Assembly (NCBI GenBank): GCA_039024555.1
Contig: JBCCQQ010000044.1
Location: 1 to 55,655, forward strand
Direction of reading: 5' to 3'
Source of the DNA: Cyanobacteria bacterium P01_D01_bin.156
GTDB lineage: Bacteria; Cyanobacteriota; Cyanobacteriia; Phormidesmidales; Phormidesmidaceae
DNA: 55,655 nucleotides
Made by a program: the position numbers and the translations under genes. This document shows positions 38,173-48,578 of this stretch, piece by piece; the first letter of the stretch is position 1; each line of letters begins with the position of its first letter. Under the pieces are notes generated by a model that did no database searches, was not told where the DNA came from, and saw only the letters and a program-made list of their open reading frames with translations.

Positions 38173-39069
38173 ATGGAAAACACCCTTAAAAATCAGCCTA
38201 CCTCCCCTCGAAGTCTTCTGGGAGACTATTTCCAATTCTTGCGGATGCCGAATCTTATCGAAGTGCCTGCAAGTCTGAACTTTAATTCCATTCGAAATCG
38301 TATTTTTCGACTGTACGCCCCCCATCTGCTGGCAATATTGTTAATCGGAATAGTGATCAGTCAGGTGGTATCGGAGACAGATAATATTCTCTTTGAAGAT
38401 ATCCTATCAGATCTGTCGGTTTCGTTGATTTTCTTTTTAGTGGTGGTAATGGCCCCGATTATAGAGGAGATTATTTTTCGATTGCCGCTCAGACCTAGTG
38501 CACTGAGCCTGTCAATTCCATTTTCGATTGCGATTCTCTATCTCTCAACCTTTTTGAGGATGAATTCAGCCATTCCATCTGTTGTTGGATTTATGCTATT
38601 GGGGTTTAATGTTTATCTTGCAAAAAGACAGCTTAAAGTTTTCCGATTACAACAGATCTATAGGAGATTTTCACGACCGATTTTCTATCTGTCGGCCATT
38701 TTGTTTGGTGTTATCCATATTGGTAACTATGACAGCCGGGTGTGGGCATTGATGCCTCTATTGGTTCTACCCCAATCTGTATTAGGTCTTTTTTGGGGGT
38801 TTGTGCGAGTACGTTACGGGCTCAGCTGGGCGATTTTTGCCCATGCGTTGCATAATGGCTGCGTGATGGCACCATTCCTAATTACGCTAGGCCTGGGGTC
38901 GTCGGAGTTGCGATCGCAAATGGGCCAGGACCTCAGCTTTGAAGCGCTTATCTGGCTCGATAAACTGTTGATTATTGGCCTAGGGCTCTATTTTATTGGT
39001 GGATTCATACTGTGTGTTGTGACGGCTTGGAAAGTAATTCGAGAATGGCAGCATGCTTCAGGAGTGTGA
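38173..39069 (+). CDS. CPBP family intramembrane glutamic endopeptidase
   Basis: EEIIFR, FGVIH, HALHN motifs; multiple TM helices. Confidence 0.88.
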   Translation: MENTLKNQPTSPRSLLGDYFQFLRMPNLIEVPASLNFNSIRNRIFRLYAPHLLAILLIGIVISQVVSETDNILFEDILSDLSVSLIFFLVVVMAPIIEEIIFRLPLRPSALSLSIPFSIAILYLSTFLRMNSAIPSVVGFMLLGFNVYLAKRQLKVFRLQQIYRRFSRPIFYLSAILFGVIHIGNYDSRVWALMPLLVLPQSVLGLFWGFVRVRYGLSWAIFAHALHNGCVMAPFLITLGLGSSELRSQMGQDLSFEALIWLDKLLIIGLGLYFIGGFILCVVTAWKVIREWQHASGV

Positions 39070-39227
39070 TGTATTGATGGGATTCACACAGGGTGCAATT
39101 GCCAGTATGTAGAAGGTTCAAAGAAACATGCGATGGCAATCTGTAGCCAATAAGCTAAAGCGTATTGATGTAGTGGATAAAAATTTCGTATCAATGCTGT
39201 GGGCCTGATTGCTACCCAAGTCCACGG

Positions 39228-39554
39228 CTAACGGCAATAGCCCTTTACTGCATTCATCAAAATAGCTCCACAAAAATCAGTATCCTTAGTTGTCACATCA
39301 TACAAGCGGGCATGGCGTAGATTTGCTCCCTGAAGATTAGCGTTATTAAGATTCACAGATTCCAGCCGTGCCCACCGGAGATCGGCATTACTCAAATCTG
39401 CACCTGACAAATCAGCCTCTCGAATCCGTACTCCTTTTAATCGACAGCCAGGACAATGTTTGGTGACTCGTAGCGTCATCACCCTCAGCGGTGTTTCAGC
39501 CTGAAGTAGGAGCAGCACTACGAATGTCATGGTCAATATTTGTATGCACTTCAT
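39228..39554 (-). CDS. Pentapeptide repeat protein, probably secreted
   Basis: Hydrophobic N-terminus, CPGC, ADLSGADLSNADL...ANLQGANL. Confidence 0.8.
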   Translation of the reverse strand: MKCIQILTMTFVVLLLLQAETPLRVMTLRVTKHCPGCRLKGVRIREADLSGADLSNADLRWARLESVNLNNANLQGANLRHARLYDVTTKDTDFCGAILMNAVKGYCR

Positions 39555-40288
39555 GACTTTTGCCAGAATCGAAAACAATTGGAGTGTACGGAGATTATTT
39601 TGTACGCCAGAGGTACAAGGCCAACACTGTTCAAATAGCCAAGGTTGTAACTCATATAACAAATAAACTTAGCGAGCTAATAGGGCGACTTCTTTGCGCC
39701 AATACCAGTAGAGTTTATGGGGGCAGCGGCTCGATATCCCTCCCTAGAGTAAGCAGTCCGAAACCTCTTTATATAAGCATTTCTGCCGCATTACTCAAAT
39801 GCTCTGCCAGTCAGCCCCTTGGCAGTCAAAAAGTTCGTAATTTAAGCACTATTGCCTAAAAATGCCACAAATAGCGTAATTATCTTTTAAGATTCTTCTT
39901 TACGTTGAAGACTTAAAGGAATATTCATTGAAATTGACATAAAACTTGTTAATTTCCGTTTTAATTGGTCTTTTTCGTTGAATTCGCCTGTTTCCGAAAG
40001 ATCCCAGCGATATTATCCTCTTGACGAATCCAAAAAAATAGGTAAGGGAAGACGCAACGTTGTGGAATCTCGCATTCTTCGGTAAGGTGTCATTGCTATG
40101 CCTTGGCCTCAAGGCTTGGTAATGCAAATTTCAAAGGAGATTAAGGAGATTGTTGATCTAGGTCCTAACATGCCTTTATCTGAACATTTAGCTCTGTTGC
40201 TAACTTTTCTTAGTTATCCATTCAAAGTTTAACTTTGCATGGCCTGGTGTAGCCCCTCTGTATAGTAAGCGACTTAATTGTTCAAAAA

Positions 40289-41521
40289 ATGGATAGTTCC
40301 CGACCCAAAATAGAGATCGAAAATCTCATTAAGATTTATGGTCAGAATCCTCAAAGGGCTCTGCAGCTTTTTCGGGATGGTGGTAACCGAGATAATATTT
40401 TGGAAGCTACTGGCAACGTTTTAGGCGTAGCCAATGTTTCTCTTTCTATTGAGGAAGGAGAATTATTTGTCGTTATGGGGCTCTCTGGGTCAGGCAAGTC
40501 TACCCTTGTTAGATGTCTTAATCGGTTGATTGAGCCTACGAGTGGTCAGATTCTCATCGATGGAGAAGATGTCGTTCGCGTTTCTCAAGAGCGTTTGAGA
40601 GAAATTAGGCGTACTAAAGTCTCGATGGTTTTCCAGCGTTTTGGTCTGTTGCCCCATAAGACAGTTTTAGAGAACGTTGAGTATGGTCTGAAAATGTGTG
40701 GCATTCCTGTTGCACAACGACATGAAAAGGCACGGGCAACTCTAGATGTTGTAGGGCTGAGTCAGTGGGCAAGCTATGCTCCCAGTTCTTTAAGTGGCGG
40801 TATGCAACAGCGTGTAGGGTTGGCGCGAGCACTGGCCACAGATGCTCCCATCCTGCTCATGGATGAAGCCTTTAGTGCATTGGACCCATTAATTCGTAGG
40901 GAAATGCAGGATGAGCTGATGCGACTGCAAGCGGAGCTCAAGCGTACCATCGTGTTTATCAGTCATGATATTCAGGAAGCTTTGAGGATTGGCGATCGGG
41001 TTGCCATTATGAAGGATGGTCATCTGGTCCAGGTGGGTACACCGGAAGAGATTGTGACTAATCCGGTAGATGATTACATCGCCGCATTTACGCAGGATGT
41101 AAACCGGGCCCAGGTACTCAAAACCGGTTCTATTGTTCGGCATACGGTTCCCTTCATTTTAGGCAAAGGCTCTGCTAAAGCAGCCCTAGAACAAATGCAG
41201 GGATATGCGCTTTCTCGAATGCATGTGGTGGATCGTCACGGTAAGCCGGTTGGCATATTAGATAAAAATGAGCTCCAAAAAGCGGTAGATAACGATGTTA
41301 AAGACGTTGAAGCTTTGATGGATACTGATTTCCCGGTGGTGCAAGCGGCTACCAGTTTGGAAGAAATTTTTCACTTAGCTCAGTTTGGTGTGCCGATGGC
41401 GGTTGTTAATCGCCAGGGCAAATTCAAAGGTGTGGTTGAGCAGTCGGATATCTTAGCCAGCATCGGTCGCCTGAACCAAGATAAGTCAGACCTTGCTAGA
41501 AACTTGCCAGCCGCTGTTTAG
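40289..41521 (+). CDS. proV: Glycine betaine/proline ABC transporter ATP-binding subunit
   Basis: MGLSGSGKST, NRLIEPT, LSGGMQQRVGLARA, MDEAFSALDPLIR, C-terminal CBS-like pair. Confidence 0.93.
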   Translation: MDSSRPKIEIENLIKIYGQNPQRALQLFRDGGNRDNILEATGNVLGVANVSLSIEEGELFVVMGLSGSGKSTLVRCLNRLIEPTSGQILIDGEDVVRVSQERLREIRRTKVSMVFQRFGLLPHKTVLENVEYGLKMCGIPVAQRHEKARATLDVVGLSQWASYAPSSLSGGMQQRVGLARALATDAPILLMDEAFSALDPLIRREMQDELMRLQAELKRTIVFISHDIQEALRIGDRVAIMKDGHLVQVGTPEEIVTNPVDDYIAAFTQDVNRAQVLKTGSIVRHTVPFILGKGSAKAALEQMQGYALSRMHVVDRHGKPVGILDKNELQKAVDNDVKDVEALMDTDFPVVQAATSLEEIFHLAQFGVPMAVVNRQGKFKGVVEQSDILASIGRLNQDKSDLARNLPAAV

Positions 41522-41535
41522 TTAGTCGATTAATT

Positions 41536-42486
41536 ATGATTTCAGACTTTTTTAACTGGTTGTTTCTCAATCAGTCTACGCAGATAGTGCCTTTAGGGGA
41601 CTGGATTTCTGCTGCTGTTGATTGGGTGGTGGGTAACTTTCGTTGGGTATTCCAGCTGGTTCGAGTGCCCATTAGTTATGTGCTGAATGCGATTGAGGCA
41701 TTTTTGCAGTGGTTGCCACCTGTTGTTCTGATCGCAGTAGTTGTTTTGTTCGCCTGGCAATTTGCCAATCGCAAAATCGCCATTTTGAGTTTGTTCGCCA
41801 TGGTGGCGATTGGCTTAATTGGGGCCTGGACAGAGACGATGACAACCCTTTCTTTGGTGATCGTTGCAGTACTGTTGTGTGTTTCCATTGGCCTGCCTTT
41901 GGGCATCGTGTCAGCTCGTAACAGCCGGGCGGAGGCGATTATTCGTCCTATATTGGATGCCATGCAAACACTACCCGCTTTTGTGTATTTAGTGCCTGTG
42001 GTGATGCTGTTTGGTACCGGTAAGGTGCCAGGTGTTATCGTTACCTTTATCTTTGCTGTTCCTCCTCTAATCCGACTGACTAATATTGGTATTCGCCAAG
42101 TCTCCGAGGAAACTGTGGAAGCGGCTTTAGCCTTTGGGTCTACACCTAAGCAGATGTTGTGGGAAGTGCAGCTGCCTCTGGCTATGCCGACGATTCTTGC
42201 TGGGGTGAATCAGGCGATTATGTTGGCGCTCTCCATGGTGGTGATTGCTTCACTGATTGCCGTTGAAGGTCTAGGGCAAATGGTGAATCGGGGCATTGGC
42301 CGATTGGATGTCGGCTTGGCTGCAGTGGGTGGTATTGGTATTGTTTTAATGGCGATTGTTTTAGACCGGATTACTCAAAATGTGGGTAAGCCATCTGCGA
42401 ATAATTTAAGTTGGCGTGACCAAGGTCCCTTTGGGGCTCTCCGTAAGCTAACTGCCCGCCGTCAGCCTAAGGTATCAGTTTCTTAG
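41536..42486 (+). CDS. proW: Glycine betaine/proline ABC transporter permease
   Basis: LDAMQTLPAFVYLVP, IRLTNIGIRQV, EAALAFG, AGVNQAIMLALSMVV. Confidence 0.93.
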   Translation: MISDFFNWLFLNQSTQIVPLGDWISAAVDWVVGNFRWVFQLVRVPISYVLNAIEAFLQWLPPVVLIAVVVLFAWQFANRKIAILSLFAMVAIGLIGAWTETMTTLSLVIVAVLLCVSIGLPLGIVSARNSRAEAIIRPILDAMQTLPAFVYLVPVVMLFGTGKVPGVIVTFIFAVPPLIRLTNIGIRQVSEETVEAALAFGSTPKQMLWEVQLPLAMPTILAGVNQAIMLALSMVVIASLIAVEGLGQMVNRGIGRLDVGLAAVGGIGIVLMAIVLDRITQNVGKPSANNLSWRDQGPFGALRKLTARRQPKVSVS

Positions 42487-42560
42487 GAGATGGATTTTCA
42501 TCAAAGTTGTTCCACCCCTTCAGTTGTTTTATTGCGTGTAATTTGAGAATGAGAGATATA

Positions 42561-43616
42561 ATGCTTAACTTAAAACAATCTACTGCAAGTCATGTGCGTC
42601 CTTTAGTTGCTGGTCTTGCGATCGCACTTACCCTATCTGCCTGTGCGTCTGGCCAACAAACCGCTGACAAGGCAACAGATGGATCTGCTCTTCCAGGTGA
42701 GGGTGTGAGCGTTACTCCTAGCTATAGCCTGATTGAAGAACTCTTTCAAACCGAGGTGGTCAATATTGGTCTAGAGCAGTTAGGCTATACCATCAACAAA
42801 CCCAAAGAACTTGAATATGCCACCATGCATGTAGACTTGGGAAATGGAGGCATCGACTATACAGCCGCCCACTGGGAGAAACTACACCAAGGCTTTTTTG
42901 AAAACAGCGGTGGCGATGAGAAACTAGAGCGTACAGGCGTTTATATTCCCAATGTGCTCCAAGGATACAAGATTGATAAAGCAACAGCAGACGAGTACGG
43001 CATTACAACCTTAGATCAGCTGCAAGATCCCGAAATTGCTGCTCTATTTGACTCTGACGGTGATGGCAAGGCCAACTTGACTGGCTGCAACCCTGGTTGG
43101 GGGTGTGAGCTAGTGATTGAGCATCATCTAGAGGAATACGGTCTGCGGGATACGGTACAGCATGACCAAGGCCAGTACTTTGCTTTACTAGCGGATACCA
43201 TCACCCGCTATGAGCAGGATGATCCCATTCTTATGTACACTTGGACTCCCCTATGGGTCCATGGTGTCCTCAAGGAAGGAGAAGATGTAACCTGGCTCGA
43301 GGTGCCCTACACCTCTTTACCAGAAGAGCAGGGAGAAGTCTCTGAAGCGGATACCTCTGCTGAGGGTAAGAACCTTGGTTTTGGTGTCGATCAGCAGGTG
43401 ATTGTTGCTAACCAGACATTTATCGATGAGAATCCAGCAGCAGCCAAGTTCTTTACGCTAGCTAAACTGCCCCTCAATGATGTAAGTGCACAGAATCAGT
43501 TGATGGAAGATGGCGAAAATAGCCCAGAGGCAATTCGTGGTCATGCCGAAGCTTGGGTTGCTGAGAACCAAGCTGAGTTTGATGGCTGGGTTGAAGCTTC
43601 TCTTGCTGCGAAGTAA
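42561..43616 (+). CDS. proX: Glycine betaine/proline ABC transporter substrate-binding lipoprotein
   Basis: Lipobox LSAC, EELFQT, DGKANLTGCNPGWGCE, YTWTPLW. Confidence 0.92.
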   Translation: MLNLKQSTASHVRPLVAGLAIALTLSACASGQQTADKATDGSALPGEGVSVTPSYSLIEELFQTEVVNIGLEQLGYTINKPKELEYATMHVDLGNGGIDYTAAHWEKLHQGFFENSGGDEKLERTGVYIPNVLQGYKIDKATADEYGITTLDQLQDPEIAALFDSDGDGKANLTGCNPGWGCELVIEHHLEEYGLRDTVQHDQGQYFALLADTITRYEQDDPILMYTWTPLWVHGVLKEGEDVTWLEVPYTSLPEEQGEVSEADTSAEGKNLGFGVDQQVIVANQTFIDENPAAAKFFTLAKLPLNDVSAQNQLMEDGENSPEAIRGHAEAWVAENQAEFDGWVEASLAAK

Positions 43617-43665
43617 GAAAGCAAGCCTCCAGATGCTGTAGAGACATCTAATCTAATCATGAAGC

Positions 43666-43697
43666 CAGCCTGCGGAAAACATTCTGCAGGCTGCTTT
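43666..43697. terminator. Hairpin/terminator between proX and the convergent gene
   Basis: CAGCCTGCGGAA-AACA-TTCTGCAGGCTG followed by CTTT. Confidence 0.55.
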
Positions 43698-43730
43698 GTA
43701 TATTTGAATATGTGAGAGAGCTAAAATTCC

Positions 43731-45200
43731 TTAAACTATATGTTCATCTGAACAAACAACTCGAAATCCGATATAGCGACTTCGTGCAGTTGCCCCATAC
43801 ATTGCACGTGCAGCAGCTCGACAATCTTTAGGATGAGAAATCCAAGATCCTCCACGTGCAGTACGTTTGGTAACATCACCGTCACGAATCCATGGACTTC
43901 CATCTGTAGGCGCTCCTTTATAGTCAAAGTGTCCATAATCTAAGCACCATTCCCAAAGATTGCCATGCATGTCGTATAGGCCAAAAGCATTGGGTGGGAA
44001 GAGTCCTACAGATGAAGTCTTTTTTCGATATATCTCTTTAGGTCCTTTCCCATATGTAAAGCCACCATTGTAATTTGCTAAGGCTGGTGTAATTGTTGAG
44101 CCTACAGAAAAAGCCGTATCTGTATTACTGCGGCAAGCATATTCCCATTCAGACTCACTAGGTAAGCGATATAAACGTCCTGTTTTTTTAGTGAGACGAT
44201 TACAGAATTCTATTGCTTCATGCCAAGAAACTCCCTCAACTGGTCGCTCATCTCCCTTAAAGTGTGATGGCTCAGGATTGAGCGCTGTATTTACTTTTGG
44301 CAACTTAGCGATAGTTTTCCACTGGCGTTGAGTTACCAAGTATTTACCCATCCAAAATGACTTGGCAATATCCACTTGATGCTGAGGATCTTCCTTTTTC
44401 CGATGCCCTTCTTCATGTTTGGAAGTTCCCATTAAAAAATGGCCTTTAGGTAGATATGTTAGCCCTAGTTTCACACTACTGCCGAGCTTCTCAGTAAAGA
44501 TTGGTACCCGCTTTTGATAGCGAGTTGTAATCATTCCAGATGAGTTAACAGCGACAAATTCTATGTCGCGTTCTTTAGAGTGCGCACCTAAATGAGGAAT
44601 AAAAGATGGAATTACTACGTTTGGCTTCTTCGATTTATTGAGAGATAGAGAGATGCCACTTAATGCTAGTATCCCTGTTCCTACGAATGTTGTTTTAGTG
44701 AGCTTTTTTATAAATTCACGCCGACTCTCGAACAGTATCTCCTTGAGAACACCAATTAGTTTCTCCATATCGTTGTTAAAGTCAGGATCTGGACGAATCC
44801 AGATACCATTGATAACTGATAAGCCTTGGAGAGATTTTGGTAACTCTGCTGCTTTAGGTATTGAAACAGCACTATCGAGTAGCAAAGGTATTATTGTGAT
44901 ATCACGCTTGTCTTTAATAGCAAATTCAAGCTCTTTTCTAACCCAATCCTTTGGATTATCTAACCGACGATTGCCATCAGCATCTTCTGCATTAAGCCAT
45001 TCCTTTCCAATAAGTGCTAGTAAAACCGTGCTCTCTGATATAGCGTCCTTTATTGCTTTCGGAAAAACATCACCGTGCCGAATACTGTCAACATCTTTAA
45101 AGATACGTTTTTTCCCAAATACAGGTAGTAGGCGATCATAAATACGCCCACACTCATTCTTAGAGTCTTCTCTACGATATGAAATAAAGATCTTTGACAT
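43731..45200 (-). CDS. TIR_2 domain + TM + FGE/SUMF1 domain protein
   Basis: IFISYRRED, FKDVDSI..G, DWVRKELE; TM near aa 170-190; FLMG, VTQRQW, RLPSESEWEYACR, NAFGLYDMHGNLWEW, RGGSW, IGFRV. Confidence 0.9.
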   Translation of the reverse strand: MSKIFISYRREDSKNECGRIYDRLLPVFGKKRIFKDVDSIRHGDVFPKAIKDAISESTVLLALIGKEWLNAEDADGNRRLDNPKDWVRKELEFAIKDKRDITIIPLLLDSAVSIPKAAELPKSLQGLSVINGIWIRPDPDFNNDMEKLIGVLKEILFESRREFIKKLTKTTFVGTGILALSGISLSLNKSKKPNVVIPSFIPHLGAHSKERDIEFVAVNSSGMITTRYQKRVPIFTEKLGSSVKLGLTYLPKGHFLMGTSKHEEGHRKKEDPQHQVDIAKSFWMGKYLVTQRQWKTIAKLPKVNTALNPEPSHFKGDERPVEGVSWHEAIEFCNRLTKKTGRLYRLPSESEWEYACRSNTDTAFSVGSTITPALANYNGGFTYGKGPKEIYRKKTSSVGLFPPNAFGLYDMHGNLWEWCLDYGHFDYKGAPTDGSPWIRDGDVTKRTARGGSWISHPKDCRAAARAMYGATARSRYIGFRVVCSDEHIV

Positions 45201-45417
45201 GTTTCAAAGATAGGTATTACAGAGCAAGCATAATCAATGCAAGATTAAGCATCTGCCTCAATTTATAAGCTGAATAATTGCTAGAGCATTAAAATTAATA
45301 ATCTCTAAATCCTTACATAGGACTAGTTGGAAGTTGCTATCCAGCTTACAGACTCTATTAAGTGAGCGGTCTCAACTGAGATCGCTCCTTCGGCAGATGA
45401 CATAAAGTTTGCACTAC

Positions 45418-45455
45418 TTGACAGCTTCTTTGCTTGTGATTACATTGTGATTACA
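45418..45455 (+). promoter_or_regulatory. Sigma70-type promoter with overlapping operator repeats for mazEF
   Basis: TTGACA(45418)-17 nt-TACATT(45441); TGTGATTACA twice (45435, 45446). Confidence 0.75.
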
Positions 45456-45479
45456 CTTCGTGTTCGCAAGTATTTAGCT

Positions 45480-45740
45480 ATGGGCACAGTTATAAGAACT
45501 CGGATCGTTAAAATTGGTAATTCCCAAGGAATACGTATTCCCAAGCTTCTTTTGGAGCAAAGCGGTCTTCATGAAGAAGTTGAGATTGAAGTACAGGGTG
45601 ATTGTCTGACTATTCGCACGGCACAACATTGGCGTACCGGATGGGATAAAGCATTTGCTGCAATGGCTGAAAATCAAGATGATGTGCTTCTGGATGACTT
45701 CAACACTACCGATTGGGATCAATCTGAATGGGAATGGTAG
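45480..45740 (+). CDS. mazE: AbrB/MazE family antitoxin
   Basis: IVKIGNSQGIRIPK, RTGWDKAF, acidic DWDQSEWEW tail. Confidence 0.9.
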   Translation: MGTVIRTRIVKIGNSQGIRIPKLLLEQSGLHEEVEIEVQGDCLTIRTAQHWRTGWDKAFAAMAENQDDVLLDDFNTTDWDQSEWEW

Positions 45741-46057
45741 TTAAGCGTTTCGATGTTTTTCTGGTCAATCTAGATCCCACCGTTGGTAGTGAAATTCAGA
45801 AAACACGACCTTGTGTTGTTATTTCACCGAATGAGATGAACCGTTATATTGCTACGGTTATCATTGCTCCGATGACTACAAGAGGTAAGCAATACCCCAC
45901 TCGCATTGTCTGTCAATTTCAGGGCAAGAATGGGCAAATTGTTTTGGATCAAATCCGTACAGTAGATAAAAATCGATTGGTCAAAAAGCTTGGTCGAATT
46001 AGTCAAGATGAGCAGAAAATGCTTCTTGCTACCTTAGCTGAGATGTTTGCTGAATAA
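45728..46057 (+). CDS. mazF: PemK/MazF family endoribonuclease toxin
   Basis: VNLDPTVGSEIQKTRPCVVIS, APMT, DQIRTVDK; overlaps the antitoxin. Confidence 0.92.
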   Translation: MGMVVKRFDVFLVNLDPTVGSEIQKTRPCVVISPNEMNRYIATVIIAPMTTRGKQYPTRIVCQFQGKNGQIVLDQIRTVDKNRLVKKLGRISQDEQKMLLATLAEMFAE

Positions 46058-46059
46058 AT

Positions 46060-46148
46060 TCCTAACAAGGGTTTGAAACGGAACAGAGATATAAGATTTA
46101 GATGCTTATACAAAAGCATATTGCCGTCTGCTGAAGCCTGAGTTAGCA
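46060..46148 (+). other. attC-like site downstream of mazEF
   Basis: TCCTAAC-aaggg-TTTGAAAC-GGAAC...GCTGAAG-cctga-GTTAGCA; 89 bp with canonical box spacing, starting just after the mazF stop; stem imperfect. Confidence 0.6.
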
Positions 46149-46162
46149 ACTAAATATCATTT

Positions 46163-47377
46163 ATGACTCAAAAGTCAGATACTACTCATATCCTGCAGAG
46201 CTCACTGGTGCTTCCATGTGGTGCAACCCTAAAAAATCGACTGGCAAAATCTTCCATGTCGGACTCTCTTGCGGACGGTGAAGGAAATCCTACCAAGGCG
46301 CAGATTCGACTGTACGAGAGATGGGCGGAAGGTGGCGCGGCCTTGTCCTTCATTGGTGAAGTCCAAGGAGACCCTCGCTTTCCTGAGAAACCAGGCAATC
46401 TGGTACTAGGGGCACATTCAAATCAAAGCTTACTGCAGTCGCTCACAAAAAGAGCCTTAATTAATGGTGCACACCTATGGCCGCAGCTCGGTCATGCCGG
46501 AGCTCTTTCCCACTTGCCGATCAGTCAACCTAAAGGGCCGTCCCCTCTTGATGTTGAGGGCCTTCAATGTGCAGGCATGTCTCTTGATGAGATTCACGAA
46601 CTACCGGCAATGTATGCGAGGACCGCATTACATGCAAAGACCGTAGGCTTTAGCGGTGTGCATATTCATGCAGGACATGGATTTTTGCTCAGTCAGTTTC
46701 TGTCTCCTTTGTTTAACCATCGCAGCGATGGCTACGGCGGCTCAATCGCAGCACGATGTCGCATCGTAACTGAGATTATTAGCGCCATAAGACATGCTGT
46801 GGGTCCGCTGTTTCCCATCGGGATCAGAATCAATTCTACCGACCAACTGGAAGGCGGATTGAACGAGAGTGACGCTTTGGAAATAGTACGCATTCTCGAT
46901 CAAACCACCATTGACCTAATTGACATCAGCGGGGGAACCTATTTTCCTGGAGCCAAGGCCAGCTCCGAAGGTACACGTCGAGGACCCTACTTTCTTGACT
47001 TTGCCCGGCTTGCAAGAGAAGTCACCAAGGTACCCCTGATGCTAACGGGGGGAATCAAACGCAGAGATCAGGCAATTGATGCAGTCGCTAGCGGGACAGT
47101 CGACTTGGTGGGTTTAGGACGAGCCATGGTGCTTAATCCCTGTCTCGCGGATGTCTGGTTAAGCGGGGATGGCGAAAATGAGCCTGAGTTTCCAAGATTC
47201 GACGTGACACCACCCGGTGGGATAACGGCTTGGTACACCATGCGCCTAACGGCCTTAGGCGAGGACCGTGAGAGTGTGTTTAAGCTAGATCTGCCTGCAG
47301 CAATTCGAGAATATGAAGAACGTGATGTACAGCGTTGCATTCAGTGGAAAAACAAGTTTGGCTCTTTAGTTAGGTAA
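46163..47377 (+). CDS. NADH:flavin oxidoreductase (Old Yellow Enzyme family)
   Basis: NRLAKSSM, QLGHAG, IHAGHGFLLSQFLSP..N.R.D.YGG, ISGG. Confidence 0.9.
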   Translation: MTQKSDTTHILQSSLVLPCGATLKNRLAKSSMSDSLADGEGNPTKAQIRLYERWAEGGAALSFIGEVQGDPRFPEKPGNLVLGAHSNQSLLQSLTKRALINGAHLWPQLGHAGALSHLPISQPKGPSPLDVEGLQCAGMSLDEIHELPAMYARTALHAKTVGFSGVHIHAGHGFLLSQFLSPLFNHRSDGYGGSIAARCRIVTEIISAIRHAVGPLFPIGIRINSTDQLEGGLNESDALEIVRILDQTTIDLIDISGGTYFPGAKASSEGTRRGPYFLDFARLAREVTKVPLMLTGGIKRRDQAIDAVASGTVDLVGLGRAMVLNPCLADVWLSGDGENEPEFPRFDVTPPGGITAWYTMRLTALGEDRESVFKLDLPAAIREYEERDVQRCIQWKNKFGSLVR

Positions 47378-47432
47378 CATCATGCTTCACTGAGAGGTGT
47401 GTTGTTTGTATATAGAAGAGATGCTATCGAGT

Positions 47433-48488
47433 ATGAAAAAACTATCAGCAACCATGTTTGGTGTTTGCTTAACGGGACATGGTGATTTTGAAAATCTTCA
47501 GCTCCGTGAGGATATTTCCACACCACAGATTGGTCCTAGGGATGTTCTAATTCAGGTGAGTGCAGCCGCTGTCAACAATACCGATGTTAATACTCGTGTT
47601 GGCTGGTATTCCAAAAACGATGGAGCGAGTGAAGACGCAAGTTGGGGGGGGACTGCCATTCAATTTCCCCTTATCCAAGGGGCCGATGTTTGCGGGCGCA
47701 TTGTTGCGGTTGGTGAAGAGGTTAGTCAAGAGCGTATTGGTGCTCGTGTTTTAGTTGAACCTTGCCTGTGGGAAGTGAAGGGAAAAGAACTAGAGCAACC
47801 TTGGTATTTTGGGTCTGACTGTGATGGTGGCTTTGCGGAATATACGACTGTTGCTTCACGCTATGCCCACAAAATTGAGAGTCGCTATAGCGATGTCGAT
47901 CTGGCATCGTTTCCTTGTTCATACTCAACAGCTGAAAATCTTTTGACCAGGGCTAATGTAGGGAAATGCGATCGCATTTTAGTCACGGGTGCCTCGGGAG
48001 GAGTGGGTTCCGCTGTTGTTCAATTAGCAAATGTCAGGGGGGCGGAGATTATTGCCGTTACCAGTGCATCGAAAGCTCAAGCGATTTTAGAGTTAGGGGC
48101 AACGGCGATTATTCCAAGGGGAGAGAGTGTTCTCAAGAAACTAGGCAAAAATTCTGTTGATGTAGTAATAGATTTGGTGGCCGGAGACCAGTGGCCAGAG
48201 TTCTTAGAGATCCTGCGTCCAAAAGGACGCTATGCTGCTTCAGGAGCCATCGGTGGACCTTTGGTTGAGCTGGATGTTCGTACACTATATCTAAAGGACT
48301 TGAGCCTGTTTGGCTGTACGGTTCTTGAACCAGAAGTCTTTTCAAATCTAGTTAAGCATATTGAAAATGAGAGCATTCGTCCTCTTGTTGCCCAGGTATT
48401 TCCCCTAGAGCGGATTGTGGATGCTCAAAAAGCATTTCTTGCTAAAAAGCATATTGGGAAAATTGTGCTTCAGGTCGCTGAATTTTAA
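47433..48488 (+). CDS. MDR family alcohol dehydrogenase/quinone oxidoreductase
   Basis: AAVNNTD, IQGADVCG, DGGFAEY, LVTGASGGVG, GKIVL; start could be 47421. Confidence 0.9.
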   Translation: MKKLSATMFGVCLTGHGDFENLQLREDISTPQIGPRDVLIQVSAAAVNNTDVNTRVGWYSKNDGASEDASWGGTAIQFPLIQGADVCGRIVAVGEEVSQERIGARVLVEPCLWEVKGKELEQPWYFGSDCDGGFAEYTTVASRYAHKIESRYSDVDLASFPCSYSTAENLLTRANVGKCDRILVTGASGGVGSAVVQLANVRGAEIIAVTSASKAQAILELGATAIIPRGESVLKKLGKNSVDVVIDLVAGDQWPEFLEILRPKGRYAASGAIGGPLVELDVRTLYLKDLSLFGCTVLEPEVFSNLVKHIENESIRPLVAQVFPLERIVDAQKAFLAKKHIGKIVLQVAEF

Positions 48489-48578
48489 ATTCTAGACGTT
48501 ATTCCTCGTCATAAAAATCTGATCTTAAAGACATCATTGATGAGTTCTGTTGTTGCAGAAAAACTCTGTATTTCTCAT

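Noticed and set aside
39976..40075. Partial resemblance to a c-di-AMP (ydaO) riboswitch upstream of proV (CGTTGAAT...CGAATCC...GGTAAGGG)
   Set aside because: Lacks the GGGGA tract and the 3' CCCGTCAGCTAAC segment; would need an Infernal hit to call
43638..43649. AGATGTCTCTAC (-), 11/12 match to the phn operator
   Set aside because: Lies between convergent gene ends, not in a promoter region
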